Source of the DNA: Balanoglossus misakiensis
Taxonomy: Eukaryota; Animalia; Hemichordata
NCBI GenBank assembly: GCA_040954595.2
Contig: CM082582.2
Coordinates: 12,607,777 to 12,671,776, forward strand
Direction: 5' to 3'
DNA length: 64,000 nt
How positions within the stretch are numbered: the first letter of the stretch is position 1; every line of letters begins with the position of its first letter. Below the pieces are notes generated by a model that saw only the letters and a program-made list of their open reading frames with translations, was not told where the DNA came from and did no database searches. Below are positions 48,601-61,300 of the stretch, piece by piece. The translations under genes and the position numbers were made by a program.

Positions 48601-51600
48601 AGGTCATTTAGAGCACAGAGATCTATTAACCCACAAAGAGCATGTAATAAATAGTTATGATAACAAGCCCGCAGGGAAAGAAGAGACTAGAGTGATGAGT
48701 GCAAGGAAATCCTGTGACACCAAAACACTTCAATTAGTGTTCCAGAATCTTAGTGGGGGAGGCAATTTCACTTTTTCTATCGTCTGAAAAACAAGACACA
48801 TCCAACCAACATTTGTAGGTCTGGAGTTTCCTATAAAAATGGTTGACTAAAATAGCAAAGTTATATGATTTCTCCATCCTTAACATTCCTTGCACAAATG
48901 TACTTTTAATGTTCGAGTTATCTAGTCACAAATAGCCTGCACTTTGACCAGCTGTGCCTGTATGTGTTGAAAGCCTGTATGTTGTATTGCATCAGAAAAT
49001 ATTCTTCCAGCCCCCCTGGCATTTTATGTTTTTTTTCTGCGAGAACAAATTTCTATTTCTGCTCTGTGGATGATAATGATGTGCTTCATCTGTTTGTGAA
49101 TGACGTCATCATAAAATGTTGATTTGTTTTAGTTTTTTATCAAGCGAAGGATAACGAGAACTGGACCTGTTGTCAGAGACGTCTCATCAGTTGGCTATTT
49201 ATAGACTTAGCTATGTTTGCTTCAATTATCTGTTGCCTAGCTGTCGCTATGGGATACGGAAGAAAACGATTACGAGTCCGTAGGGACCTTGATAACACTC
49301 AGACGACTATCGAAAGAAATTCTGGTTATCTGAGGCATCATTTATCCAGCCTCGTTCCCATTTTTTGTAATCCTGTGTGAAACGTGTCGCTTGTATCTTC
49401 AGCTCTTTGTGTAGGCTTCTTTTACCTATGTCGAAAAGTTTTGGAAGAAGTAGAGTTTATTGCCGAATGACTTATGTACGTCACCATTTTGTTTCGAGTC
49501 CGATCAAAACATCGGAAAAAATTGTTTTCAACGCTAAATATATATTTTTAAAACTTTCGATACGAGCAACGATTGCTATACACATTATATTAAACGATAG
49601 TAGATTGAAGTAACACAAATCTTAAGAGAAAAACAGAACAAAAAGGGTTAGAAAAATGACGTTATCGAGGGGATTAGCTGTAGGATGCGCGTTTCGGTCA
49701 CGTGACCGTCTTAGTAAGCGTCGCTCGCTGTACTTCTTCAAAAGTTTTTTCTAAAGTTAACTCCATTGTCGCGTAAAGGTTCTCGCGAAAAGAGGGGTAT
49801 GTTGCATGTGTGATACTACAATTAACTGAAGTCTTGGGATTCCGAGTAAGTTCCGGTGACTTAGCGCCATACTGTCCCAGTCGTTGGCACTGGAGATGTA
49901 CTTCATAAAATCAAGGTGATGCGAACTTCTTGAAACGTGGCGCGGTTGTCGACGTCTTGGGTAGGAGTGGGAGTGACTTCTCAGAGAAGGCACTGCGGTT
50001 AAAATTCCACATCCACGCTTCTGTAATAGCTTAATGGGTGGTATTAGCCACAGATAACAGGTCACACTATTCTCTGCTAAATCCAATTTAGGTGAGGTTT
50101 TATTAGCATATACTGCAGTGCGTGGACAATGATACACTGACATTGAAAACAACTCTCTTGGAACTAAATCCCAAATACTAAGCGTATTGACGCGTAACAA
50201 ATAAAACAGAAAGCCTACCTATGGGTAAGGATTCATGAAAATATACAAATGATATAAATATTGCAAACGTTTAGATAGAGTAGTACATACAGATACAATG
50301 TATAACCTATAAGGAAGGCAGCATCTGTGAATTATATACATTTCTACTGCCAATTTGATTACTCGATTAAGTTTTAATGAAATAGGTTTGCGAACAGCAA
50401 CGTACTTTGTTTTCGTCACTCGCCCGACAGCAATGTCACCAAAATCGCCGCTATAACAGTAGATTGGCTTTGAATGCCTGAGCTGGAGTTTCCCTAGATA
50501 AACAGTAACACATGAGCGTTTTGCAAAAAAAATATGAGAAGACGGTGAAGCAGAACTTCCTACGGCGTGACGAAATAAAGCGCCTTTGCCTAATACTTCT
50601 AATGGTTGGACAATGAAAATACATAAATTGATTGGAAATACATTATGCATGTATATACGCCTACATCCATGTCACACTGTACGTAATATCATAACCTTCA
50701 CTCAATTATCGAGACTATTTTGTTAGTCGTTGCGTTTCCAGGGCAACGTAACGGCAGTCATTGTGAGTCTCGCCCTTATTTACGCACATATCCTTCTCAA
50801 TGATACACAAAAGCTGGGTCCTTTGAAATGTTATTTCGCCGGGTTTTTTTATATAAAAAAATGTATAAAAGTGACATGAGTAATTTATTGAATTATTGCA
50901 AAACAGTGGCACACGAAAGGATTAATTTAAAACATTAGATGTTGAGGTTTATAGACAATAACTGAAAACAAACACTTATGATATAAGTATCTCATTATTC
51001 TAATGAGCAGAGTGTTTTAAACCTTTATTGCGCGTTTTGATCGATTTATCGACGATCAAGCACATTCATTGGTCGACGAAATTTAATGAATATTCATGAC
51101 CACAATTGGTTCTGTTTGTACTTCCAACAGAATAGCAAAACGTGTATCTGAAGAAACTAACCAAATCGATCGAAATATTATAATATGAATCTGTTTACTG
51201 CGTCCTATTGATTTTTTTTTATCTCACGTAAACCAAACTGGTCATACTTTATGAGCGGAGAATTGAATTTTTCTTTTATAAATGGGTTTCAACAGATTCG
51301 CTAATTTTTGAATGACAATTCCACTGGTCCTTGCAAATGCGCACACATTGAGAGTTGAACAGCAACACATCCTCAAAATACCCCTGTGCGCCCCCCGTCG
51401 ATAAAATAGACGCTTCCACAATCGCAGACGTGATATTATTATATTCACCTCCATTTAATAACGTCCATAGCAGGCAAAACGAGGCTACACACATTAAGAA
51501 ACGGTATTGTAACGCTGTGTTTTTATCATTACTTGTGTCGTGGACCGAACCAAGACACCACAGTGCCGCGACGTACGTGACTTTGCTCCGGAAACAAACC

Positions 51601-52092
51601 GGGTTTCAAAATGTAAACCATCCTTCTACAGAGGAAAGATATCTCGCTATGCATGTCGCCTCGCAACCATAATTCAACCGGCGGATAGTTGTGTTAGCAA
51701 CAAGAAAACGGACGCTAAAAGACAGCAACCGATCTGCGTGTAAGTATGCACCTGCCAGTGAGTGTGCGTTGACACAGCAGAAACCTTAGCGTGGGGACAA
51801 CTAACGACAGAAGGAATATTACTCCCACATTGACTGCGATATTTACGTACTCACCTACATCCCAGTTTTCTACATTATTTGCTATTTATGGCTGTCAGAT
51901 AACCTGAGCGTTTCGGCAATTGCCGTCCACCTTTACCGGTGTTAAGCCATGCACCGGCAGTCAAAGGAGGGAACGATGACTCGATAATTGTCTGAACGTA
52001 GTCAAAGTGCAATCGGAGACACGCGAAATACATTTTACTCGCGACTTTTCGGTTGAACTTTAAGAAGTCTTAACCTTGATAATGTTGGAAAC

Positions 52093-52354
52093 ATGCACGG
52101 TGGAGAGCCAACCATACACGGAAGGTATTTCGATCGACTTTCCGTTTGCGTGCCAATCGTTTTGCTCCTGGTGACAGGAGTCGCTCTTTCATCCGACTCA
52201 TCAACTCCGTCTACAACATTGCCATTGCTGTGCGATGGATTGCGGCAGTACGCGGATCTCCAGGTGCACGACAATCGCGGGCGTTACGCCATCTCTGTAA
52301 ACCACGACGTTCTAGACGTGACCCAGGGATACATCAGCGACGTTATATACACAG
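52093..52354 (+). CDS. Probable first coding exon of a secreted or membrane protein, possibly the start of a reeler-type domain; no further exons identified in the window
   Basis: A hydrophobic signal-like stretch LSVCVPIVLLLVTGVALS is followed by LCDGL...RYAISV...GYISDVIYT, with C..Y.I.V..Y....Y spacing reminiscent of the N-terminus of reeler domains. The sequence looks coding and ends at a donor ACAG|GTATGA (phase 1). Confidence 0.5.
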
Positions 52355-55300
52355 GTATGAACGCATGCTTGGTTGTAATCATAACACACATACACCTTTG
52401 AACAGTGGGAAAATACCCTCACTATTTGCGCCAGTGTGTTTGTGTATCGACTGTGTAAATGCATTTCTATTCCACACACATCACATATACGTCATTTAGG
52501 CCTAATACCGACGACGCGCTTGATCGATTTAACTCGAGAATTTCTAGACCAACGGTAAAAATGCAGTCAAAATATGGCATTTTTGGCCGCATTTTAAAGT
52601 CTGGTGCCTATAGTTTACATAACTGGCAGCCATCAAAAATAAATTTTCAAGACTAGGCACGCATGTCCACTATGATTTGCATTAAGTCGGCGAAACTGTA
52701 AGAAATTCAATTGCAGATCACATACTGCATTAATTCAATGTTAGAAACCCGGCGTCAGATAAATTTTAGACAAAATTACTGGTACACATACATTGGTGTA
52801 TACGGTGTTAACATTTATAGAATGTTTCATTTTCTAATTATATCTACCTTTACTCATGGCATTTCTAGTAGAAAACCGCAACTGGGGCCTACTCAAATAG
52901 CAAGTTTTAAACAAAAGCCACAAGGATATTATTCAGGCCTCGGGCACATCGATAAATACTTCGTCTGCACGCTGACTTACATCTTAACTAAAGCTAATCC
53001 TTTAATCACCGAAGGTCTTAATATGAAAAACGTCAAACCGGCGTCTCAGGAGGGGTTGCGATCTGTTAATCTTGTCACGTGACTCTTAAGAAGACTCCCT
53101 TCAGGGCAAACCCTGGACAGAGGTCTAGACGTGGCACGTGTGTGCGTGCATCACACGTTCTGGTAGTGGTAGTTCAAATAGTAACATGGCTGATTTGCAT
53201 ATTCTTTTAATAATGAAGTCGAATTTAGTGCCTTCTCCACAATTAAGAGGTGCAGAACGGCCATGATGTCAACACACCTCATGTTTTATCATTGGTCTTT
53301 CATGGCCTTACGTCATGCAAGTGCGAATGGACATGAACGTGTACGATAATCAAGTTATATCACTCCCAGGGGGAATCGTGTCAATTTCCCCGATGGTCAG
53401 GCTGCAATGAACATTCCTCTTATTTGACCATGCCCTTTATGGCCTGAGAATGCCAAGGGTGCACTGGGATTATTTACGATGTTCCGTCGGCGTAGTGATC
53501 ACACGTTGAGGGAGGTAGGAACGACACCTCCATGTAAAAAAAGCGGTGTGATTCCACGCGAAATGAGACTGGTTTTTGTATGTATACATTTTTGAGGTAG
53601 ACAAAAACACTTTACCCATTCGCTTGAATACAGATTCGTAAAACATAGTGACGTCAGACGTGTCATCCTGCAAAAGGGCAAAACTAGTTAACCCTGCGGT
53701 GGATTTGCAAGGCAGTGTAATGACAAGTGAAATATACGTAAAACAGATACGCAATTTTCTTCCATTTGAAATGCCGTTCTTCATGCTTTGTGTATTTCTC
53801 ACAGCGTCAGCGTGGCGAAGTGTGACAGGTTCTATAGAGCAATGTAAATTAAAAATAAGTTAATTGTGCTCAAACAAATATAGAAACGCTTAGATGAAGG
53901 CGATAATTATTTCGACGGACATGGGATTATAGGTCTTTTATTTCATGAAACAACAGAGACAAATGTGCTTGTGTGATGCACTTTCATTCGACCGAGTTTG
54001 CGTTCAATTGTGCGACAACTGTTTTAAAATGTGTTACATTATAATGCCATGACTAGACATGGTCATCACTGGAGGATTTCTCAGAACAGAAACCGTTATC
54101 AAATGACGAGAAAGACAATCTTCAACAAGGATTCCATCTTGCAAAAATCTGTATTACTTTTGACAGTGCTATGAATTCCGAGAACTATGCATTTTTCATG
54201 CTTCTGCGGACTGGTTTCTTAACTATGCCGACTCATGACTCCACTGAATGTACTTCATGATCCAACTAACGGTCTCTAACCGACTTAATGATGTCACAAA
54301 AATAAAACTCATCTCCTTGGGTGATTTTCCCTCTAAATGAGAATGACAAGCGAAAAGGTTACACATTGTTGACATTTTGATACTAGTAATTACGGCTGTT
54401 CCAAGAACCTGTAAGCGCTGCAAAGGATGCCGTGTGTTTAACAGTGGTGATCATGGCTACCACACGCTTCACATGTCAAAGAAAGGATCCACCGCCAATT
54501 ACGAGCACAAAAGAAGCCATCTGAAAATGTGCAGCACGTGGAACTGCTCCTTGCCCCTGCGAATTCCAATTGCAAAGTCTATAGATGGGGTCTGTTGTCC
54601 GACTTCCGTTCATATTAGGACTCCACCGCTGTCAAGACAGAAAGCTGGATCCAGCTTAGCTTGCTTTTGGTTTCATACCTGGTTAAGCGCATTAGAAAGA
54701 TGTTAAAAATTGCAGCCGCGTAGCTGATGAGTTGTGTGGATTTTAATTATAATAATAAACCATTTCTAATGATACTAACCTTGGCCGCGTTAATAATTTC
54801 ACGACTTCATTAAGCCTAGCATACGTAATTACTTGCAGTAGCACAACACGACGACGATTTAATGAGAAAATGGCACTGAATAAATTTGAATCCACCTGCT
54901 ATCAAGAGATCTCTTTCATGCATCCAGGTGAATATCGCATCGTATAAGTATCTTGTTCGTCAAGTCCCCTCTCTGCATGCATATGGATGGCATTTTTTTT
55001 TTCAAAAATTCGCAACTATCTGATACTGAGCAGTTCTTTTGGTGTTAGAGGCACTTGACAAATCGCCGAGATAATTAAAGTCGGAATGCCTGTACTGTTA
55101 ATGAGGGATGTGTTATCGCGTTCCGCAAAAAATATAATGATGCAAAAATACTCGATTCAAATGGAAGGTTCATATGATTAAAGTACATCCAAAATACTCA
55201 TTTAAACTCAGCAAAGCTTAACTTTGCGTCACTGATCTGCATACTAATAGAGTTCAAAGGTCAGGTTATTTTCATCTGACCATGTGCTGGGAACTGTAAT

Positions 55301-58300
55301 TTGCATTCAGGACACGTTCACTGATTGGAGACTGAATTAATGAAAGTTGGCCTGCCGTTTTCTTCCTCGTTGCTTCCCTGATCGCATTCTGAGGCTTCTA
55401 TCTCTAAAGGCTTCTGATGTGAGCAGCAAACGTGAAAACATTACATGTATGTGACATTTGTTTAACCTGTTGTATTTTGGAGACGAATGATACCACATCG
55501 AATTTAAGTTAGATTGAAATAATGTTATAATGTGCATTTGATCGACGTCTTCCGTATAAACTACGTATATCGTCGGTATTACAACCAGCGCTATAAAATC
55601 AACAAGCACGAAAGTCGTCTGATCCCATCGATTTCTCAAGGAACATTTCTCCTTTCCTGCAAAACAGCGATGAACTTAGATAAGCGGTCGCGATGTATCC
55701 GTTTTATCCGATGTTTATCTTTTCCAGTGTTTATGTTAGCTAGATGGCCTAGATGAAATGTCTCGTATGCACACAGCAGGTACAGTAGCTTATTGCTGTT
55801 TTCATATAGGTAAGAACGAAAGTTGGATAGGGAAATTGGTACGGACATTAACGACTTTTAGCGCTGGTAATAATTGGGCCGGCAATAATTCATACTTCAG
55901 TATGAATAACTGTTATTATTCATACTTTATTAGTAATAAGTGTAGTATTCATAAATGTTGACACTTGGGAGTTACTCAAGACTCAATTTCCCCCCTATGA
56001 AATATGATATTTATACCATTACCCACATGACATCTAAATGTAATTGTGATGTTATTACACTGTCAGGGGAATCTGAAAATGCTGTTAAATTTTCTGTAAG
56101 TCGTCAAACACAATTGTGTGGTGCTGTCAAATATGTTTTGCGAGATCAAAGATCAAGATCTGTGCAGGAAGAGAGAGAGAGCCTCGGGAGAGAGAAAGAT
56201 AGAGAGAGAAAGAAAGACAAAAAAACACGCATGCTCCCATCTTTTCTCGTCTGACGAACATTCATCAGACATTTGACTGTCATAGATGACTCTAGAATAC
56301 CAACCAGCACTGACAACCCGGGGTATACACGAAAGGATATTTTGTCTATCATACACTAGACTTCTTGACCGTCTGACGGCTGGTCTCCCCAGGCTGGCCA
56401 TCCCAATGCCCTCAACGCCTGTGCAATCACATTTCAATCTAGGTCCACAGCAAAACTCTTTTACGATTTCACTGCGCCCGTTATCGATGTGATCATCAAG
56501 CGATCCCAATTTATATTACCTTATCGTCAGCCACTGTTCGGTTGCCGCAGTCCCGATTGATTTCTGCCGTCAAGTTGATAGATAGCATGCGTCTCGATGC
56601 CTTCTGGTAAAACTCTGAAGCGACTGACAGTTGCGATTAACACTGGGTCCCATCTGTGTCAATCGATGCTGACATGGGCAAAGGGAGAAACTGAACCCAT
56701 TTTATTATCTTTAAATGATTCTAAATTGGTTTGTTGTTGCAAAGATTCCAATTGTACACAGGGCATCTGTTTTATTTTTTTCCCTTTAAATTGTGCGTTT
56801 CTAAATGAGGTTATTTATGAATCACAAACATTTGCAGTTGTCCATTATCATTGTCACGACAGGGTTCTTTTTCAAATTGGTCGTCAGGACGAATGAAAGA
56901 TACACCAAGCAAACATTACACATCATATACATTTCCTAAGAATTTTTTTTCGTGTGTTATATCAAAACCCTCAAATTAGTCAGTTCTTGTTAGCCAGTAT
57001 ATTAGCTACATGAGCTACGCGTTTCACAATACAAGAAACAGACAACTGGTCGTCACGCTTGAATCTGGCTGTGATTGACGTCTCTCGAACACTGACTGCG
57101 AGGCAACTTGAATATTTCATTCCCTTGAAGTGGCTGACTCTGTGTATTTAATGGGCGAATGATTGAGTCAGGCTTCAAAGGAATGATCCGAAAGCCCTCA
57201 TATCATCGAATCTACCCATTCTTACATTCGAGATAGATCAGGATTTTTTTTGCGTCTTTCAGTGTGTCCGTTGTTTTCTGTGTGATCTGATATCAGGTAT
57301 TCTTTCTGGCAACCATGATGCAACGCGGTCAGGCGCTGTATGCCGTCAACGTGCGTGCAGGATTGTGGGTAAAATAGGAAAACACACACTACACTGGAAG
57401 AAGAATACACACAGATGTACCAACGATTACAGATCTGCCTCATTACTGTAGACAATATCTGTATTGTAACCCAACTATAGGAGTATTTTAATGGATTCCA
57501 CACATTTATAGGTTTTCATACCGGTGATATATAAAGCACTTTAATAGCAACGGTGAAATGATTCCAAGTGACACATCAATGCTGTGTCCTGTGTTTATTT
57601 TCATCTAAATGAGGGACGGCAAACAAAGAATTGTAGTGGAAGTCACACAGAAAGCAACTCAACCCCAGGTGATCTCCACGTGCCGAAATACCTTCATTTG
57701 CAGAAAGTATTGTGGCTTTTCTCTCAGAGAGAGACTCCTTCTCATCAGAAATGTTAATGGCTTCGTGCACGTAGCTTTGCTTGAGAAGGGGATAAATATA
57801 CCCCTTGTAGCGCGGCTAACATTTCCAATTTCCTTTGGTGATAAACTCTCGTTGGAAATGGTTTTGCGAAAGGTGTGACGTGGCTGGAATACTCGCTGCG
57901 GGATTTGAAACGACTAGGGTGACGCGACGACATGAGAAGTCTAAACTGACAAACAACAAGGAGAAACTGAAAACTTAAGTACACTTGCAATGTTCTCTGT
58001 CACTCTTTATACCTGATCTTTGCAACACCACTGGAGAAAAGAAGCGACTCTCAAACTTTCACTGTGACTTCTACTGTCGTGAACACGTACACGTGTAAAT
58101 GGAAGCAAGGTATGGTGTCGCGCGAAACCCTACAAATAAAAGTTAAACGAAGCAATCTTTGTAACTGGTTAGATAATGGATATTGTTGACCTCGAATACC
58201 TTTCGCATTCGAAACCTTTGAGACGTTCATGAAATTCACGGTGGTCTTACATCTTACCATTTAAAACTACACCAGCCATTTAATTTATTTAAAAATTAAA

Positions 58301-61300
58301 ACACAAATGTTTTTGACAACGAAGTGTTAAGAACGGTTATCGAGCCACCCTGCAAACCTACGACTGATAATGATAAATCTCCTCCTTGATGTTTACCGTG
58401 CAACAATAATTGATAATATACGTTTGCTATGCTGTGTTTCCGATTCTCCTGACGTATCTACGGCCGACAGATTCCTTATAAGATCAACAAAAGCCCATTA
58501 GGCGCATCAATGTACAATTTTCATCAGATTATCCAGATAGCACGTCGTCTTTCTCCTCTGCCGAGCAAAATATAATAAGAAAACCACACATTCTGCCAAC
58601 TTTCTATAACAGTCACATATCATCAACACCGAGTCACGTCCATGTCTTTTCAATGGAACAACATTCATCAGGAACACAGGAAAACATTTACCGAGGAAAA
58701 GAAAATCTCACCAACGAACATTAATTTCAAAATAGACTGCGAATTTCAACGTGCGTCTGAGATCTCCCGAAAGGTATTCACAAAAGGTCTTAAAGCTGAA
58801 ATTTCATGTTCGTCTTGATTGGATCAGGATTTGGCAAAATTCAACTCAAATCCACGGGGACGCATTTCTGTTAAAATCTACATTTTCTGGTCACTCTGGG
58901 TAATAAACGTTATGTATAACGAATGTGAGTGAAAATTACCTAATCCGTGGTTTAGAATTCACAGCTGAACCACTGAAATCATTCCGAGATAATGATACGT
59001 GAATGAGCCCCATCAGTCAGTTGGCGCATGGTCAGATGTATAGATGTATGCGTGTGTACCTATCTGGCGGCCTATGTGTATTGTGTGTGACTATCTGTGT
59101 TGTGTGGGTCTGTCGGATGAGGGTGTGGCCATCAGTATTTTGATACGGTTGCTCTTGCAAATTATACAGGAAGAGCTATAATTAAACTTCGGTGAGACAT
59201 TTGTATCTTTTTTCACGTTTTCCCAAATATTACCAGTACAAGGAGACTTTGCGATGACGACGCCAACATCGTGATCTTCTAACTGGATTTGGATTTCAAA
59301 TCTATTGACTTCTCGTCGCAGAGTCCATATACCGAGTCTGAATCACGTGACCAATTGTAATCTCGTCTCACTGCAGAATTCTTACAATAGATGGTCACGC
59401 ACACCGCTGCTTGGTTGATCTACAAATTAGCATAATTTCCTTCGAGTCGCCAAAGCATGTTTGTCTTTTACTCACGACGTTTTCCTTTTGCATTTATCTA
59501 TTAGGTTAATAAAACCTCTCCAGTCATTTTCCATTTTTTGTGTGTTTTATAGTAATTGAAATTGACCACTTTGTCTTTATCTCGTTTCCCTCAGGACTGA
59601 AATGGTATCCAATTTCTTCAAATTACAATGATTAAAATGATGATTTCGCAGCAGAAACTGTCACTCCATTGGCCACTTTAACAAAATATTTGTATTATTA
59701 TTATAACTTTTATTATAACTATTCCGTGGCCTTTCAATGCACATAATCATTCTAGGTTTTAAGTGCTGCGATTAGTTGATTAATTTCATGAGAGCATCAT
59801 AAATTTTTCCAAGAAAGAATGCTTTCACCATTTACTTTTTCATTAATTTAGACGAGCAGGCATTGTCGATTTGCCATCGATAGCATCTTTCCCTTCGGTG
59901 GTTTCAAAGAGCGAATATATAGGATAATTCGTCTATGTGAATATCCCGTTGGTTTCTCGGTACAAAATGATATCATAGTCTCCTGTATGGGAGGCGGACT
60001 ACAGTAATTGGTGTTTTGATATGAGCGCTATTGGCAACTATGAAAGTATACCGTCAGCCTGGTCAGGGATCTATTGCCTTGTCAACGGTGAATAATTATT
60101 CTCAGGGTGCAACGCTTCGTCGGTTACCTTCTCGTGAACAACCTCGACATCAACAACACACGTCGGCAACCCTTTCCCAGTCTTAGAGTCTCTCAGAGTC
60201 AGGTCATTGGTTGCATATCGTGGTTTGAAGATATTTCTGTGGGTTTGTTTGGTCATCTTTAATAGTACAGCCATTTTCTCATGGCTTAAGCTCTGAAGCA
60301 GTCGTCCATAAACAGACAAGATTCCCACGCACCAGTATTTAAAACGGTCAGAATACTGCCTTCATTTTAGCTCTCTCTCCGGCATTGCAAATTCAATTAA
60401 TCAACCGTATTCTACATCTACTTTTGGTGTTGACATAAGTTCCTTACAGACCGTGAAGACAAATAGATGACTGTGAGTATCTTATAGAAACGAGAAAAGA
60501 ATGTTGGATTAATCGATCAGGAGCTTCTGTGTGTGTGTGTGCGTGTGTGTGAATGGATCATAATAAATAATTAATTACACTTTTTGATCAATTTTGAAAT
60601 AATGTGGTCTTAGTAATAACACTTTTCAATTATTAATTAATTTGATGATGTCTTTGCAAAATATTGTAAACATGAGTAGAGTATACGCGGGCAAATTTTG
60701 CAAAACAAAAATGATCAGACAACTGAGCACCTGTGTAGATGGAAACAGTTTTCTGATTGGTCAATTCACATGCGGTCCCCCTTGGATCTATTTTCTTTGG
60801 TTATGTATATGTGGTGATGGGTAGGCTGTTTTTCTGATTGGCTGACCAACTTAGTTGGTCGTGATGATTGGGCGATGACAATAGTGGCTTGGACACATCT
60901 CTCGTGATGTGTTCAGCCACGTGGATTGCGCTGGTCAGTTGGCTTCGCTTGGTTTACCTGCGTACACGCGAAGGCGTGAGGTCAGCTCGGATATTTTGTG
61001 TGCTGACTGAGAGACTGATATTCAAAGATTCGCCTTGCAGTTTGACAAAATTGAACACAAGCAGCGAAATACGAAAGGACGCAGAATTTATCCTGCCAAA
61101 ACGCAGTGAGGTTACGGTTCACAGCCATGGAGAGAGAAAGGAAAACACCATGCAACGACGGTCGGTACACTCGAGTAAATCATGGATCAACCATCCGGCA
61201 TTGGAATATCTCTACCCATATCGTTTGCTTCCGGTCCCTCTCCAGACGTTTCTCACGGAATAGTGATACCTAACAAGGACGTGAACGATTTGTGTCTGTT

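Noticed and set aside
49757-50650. Two consecutive minus-strand ORFs of about 145 aa
   Set aside because: They start at non-ATG or weak codons, show no transposase or reverse-transcriptase motifs, and have no recognisable homology.
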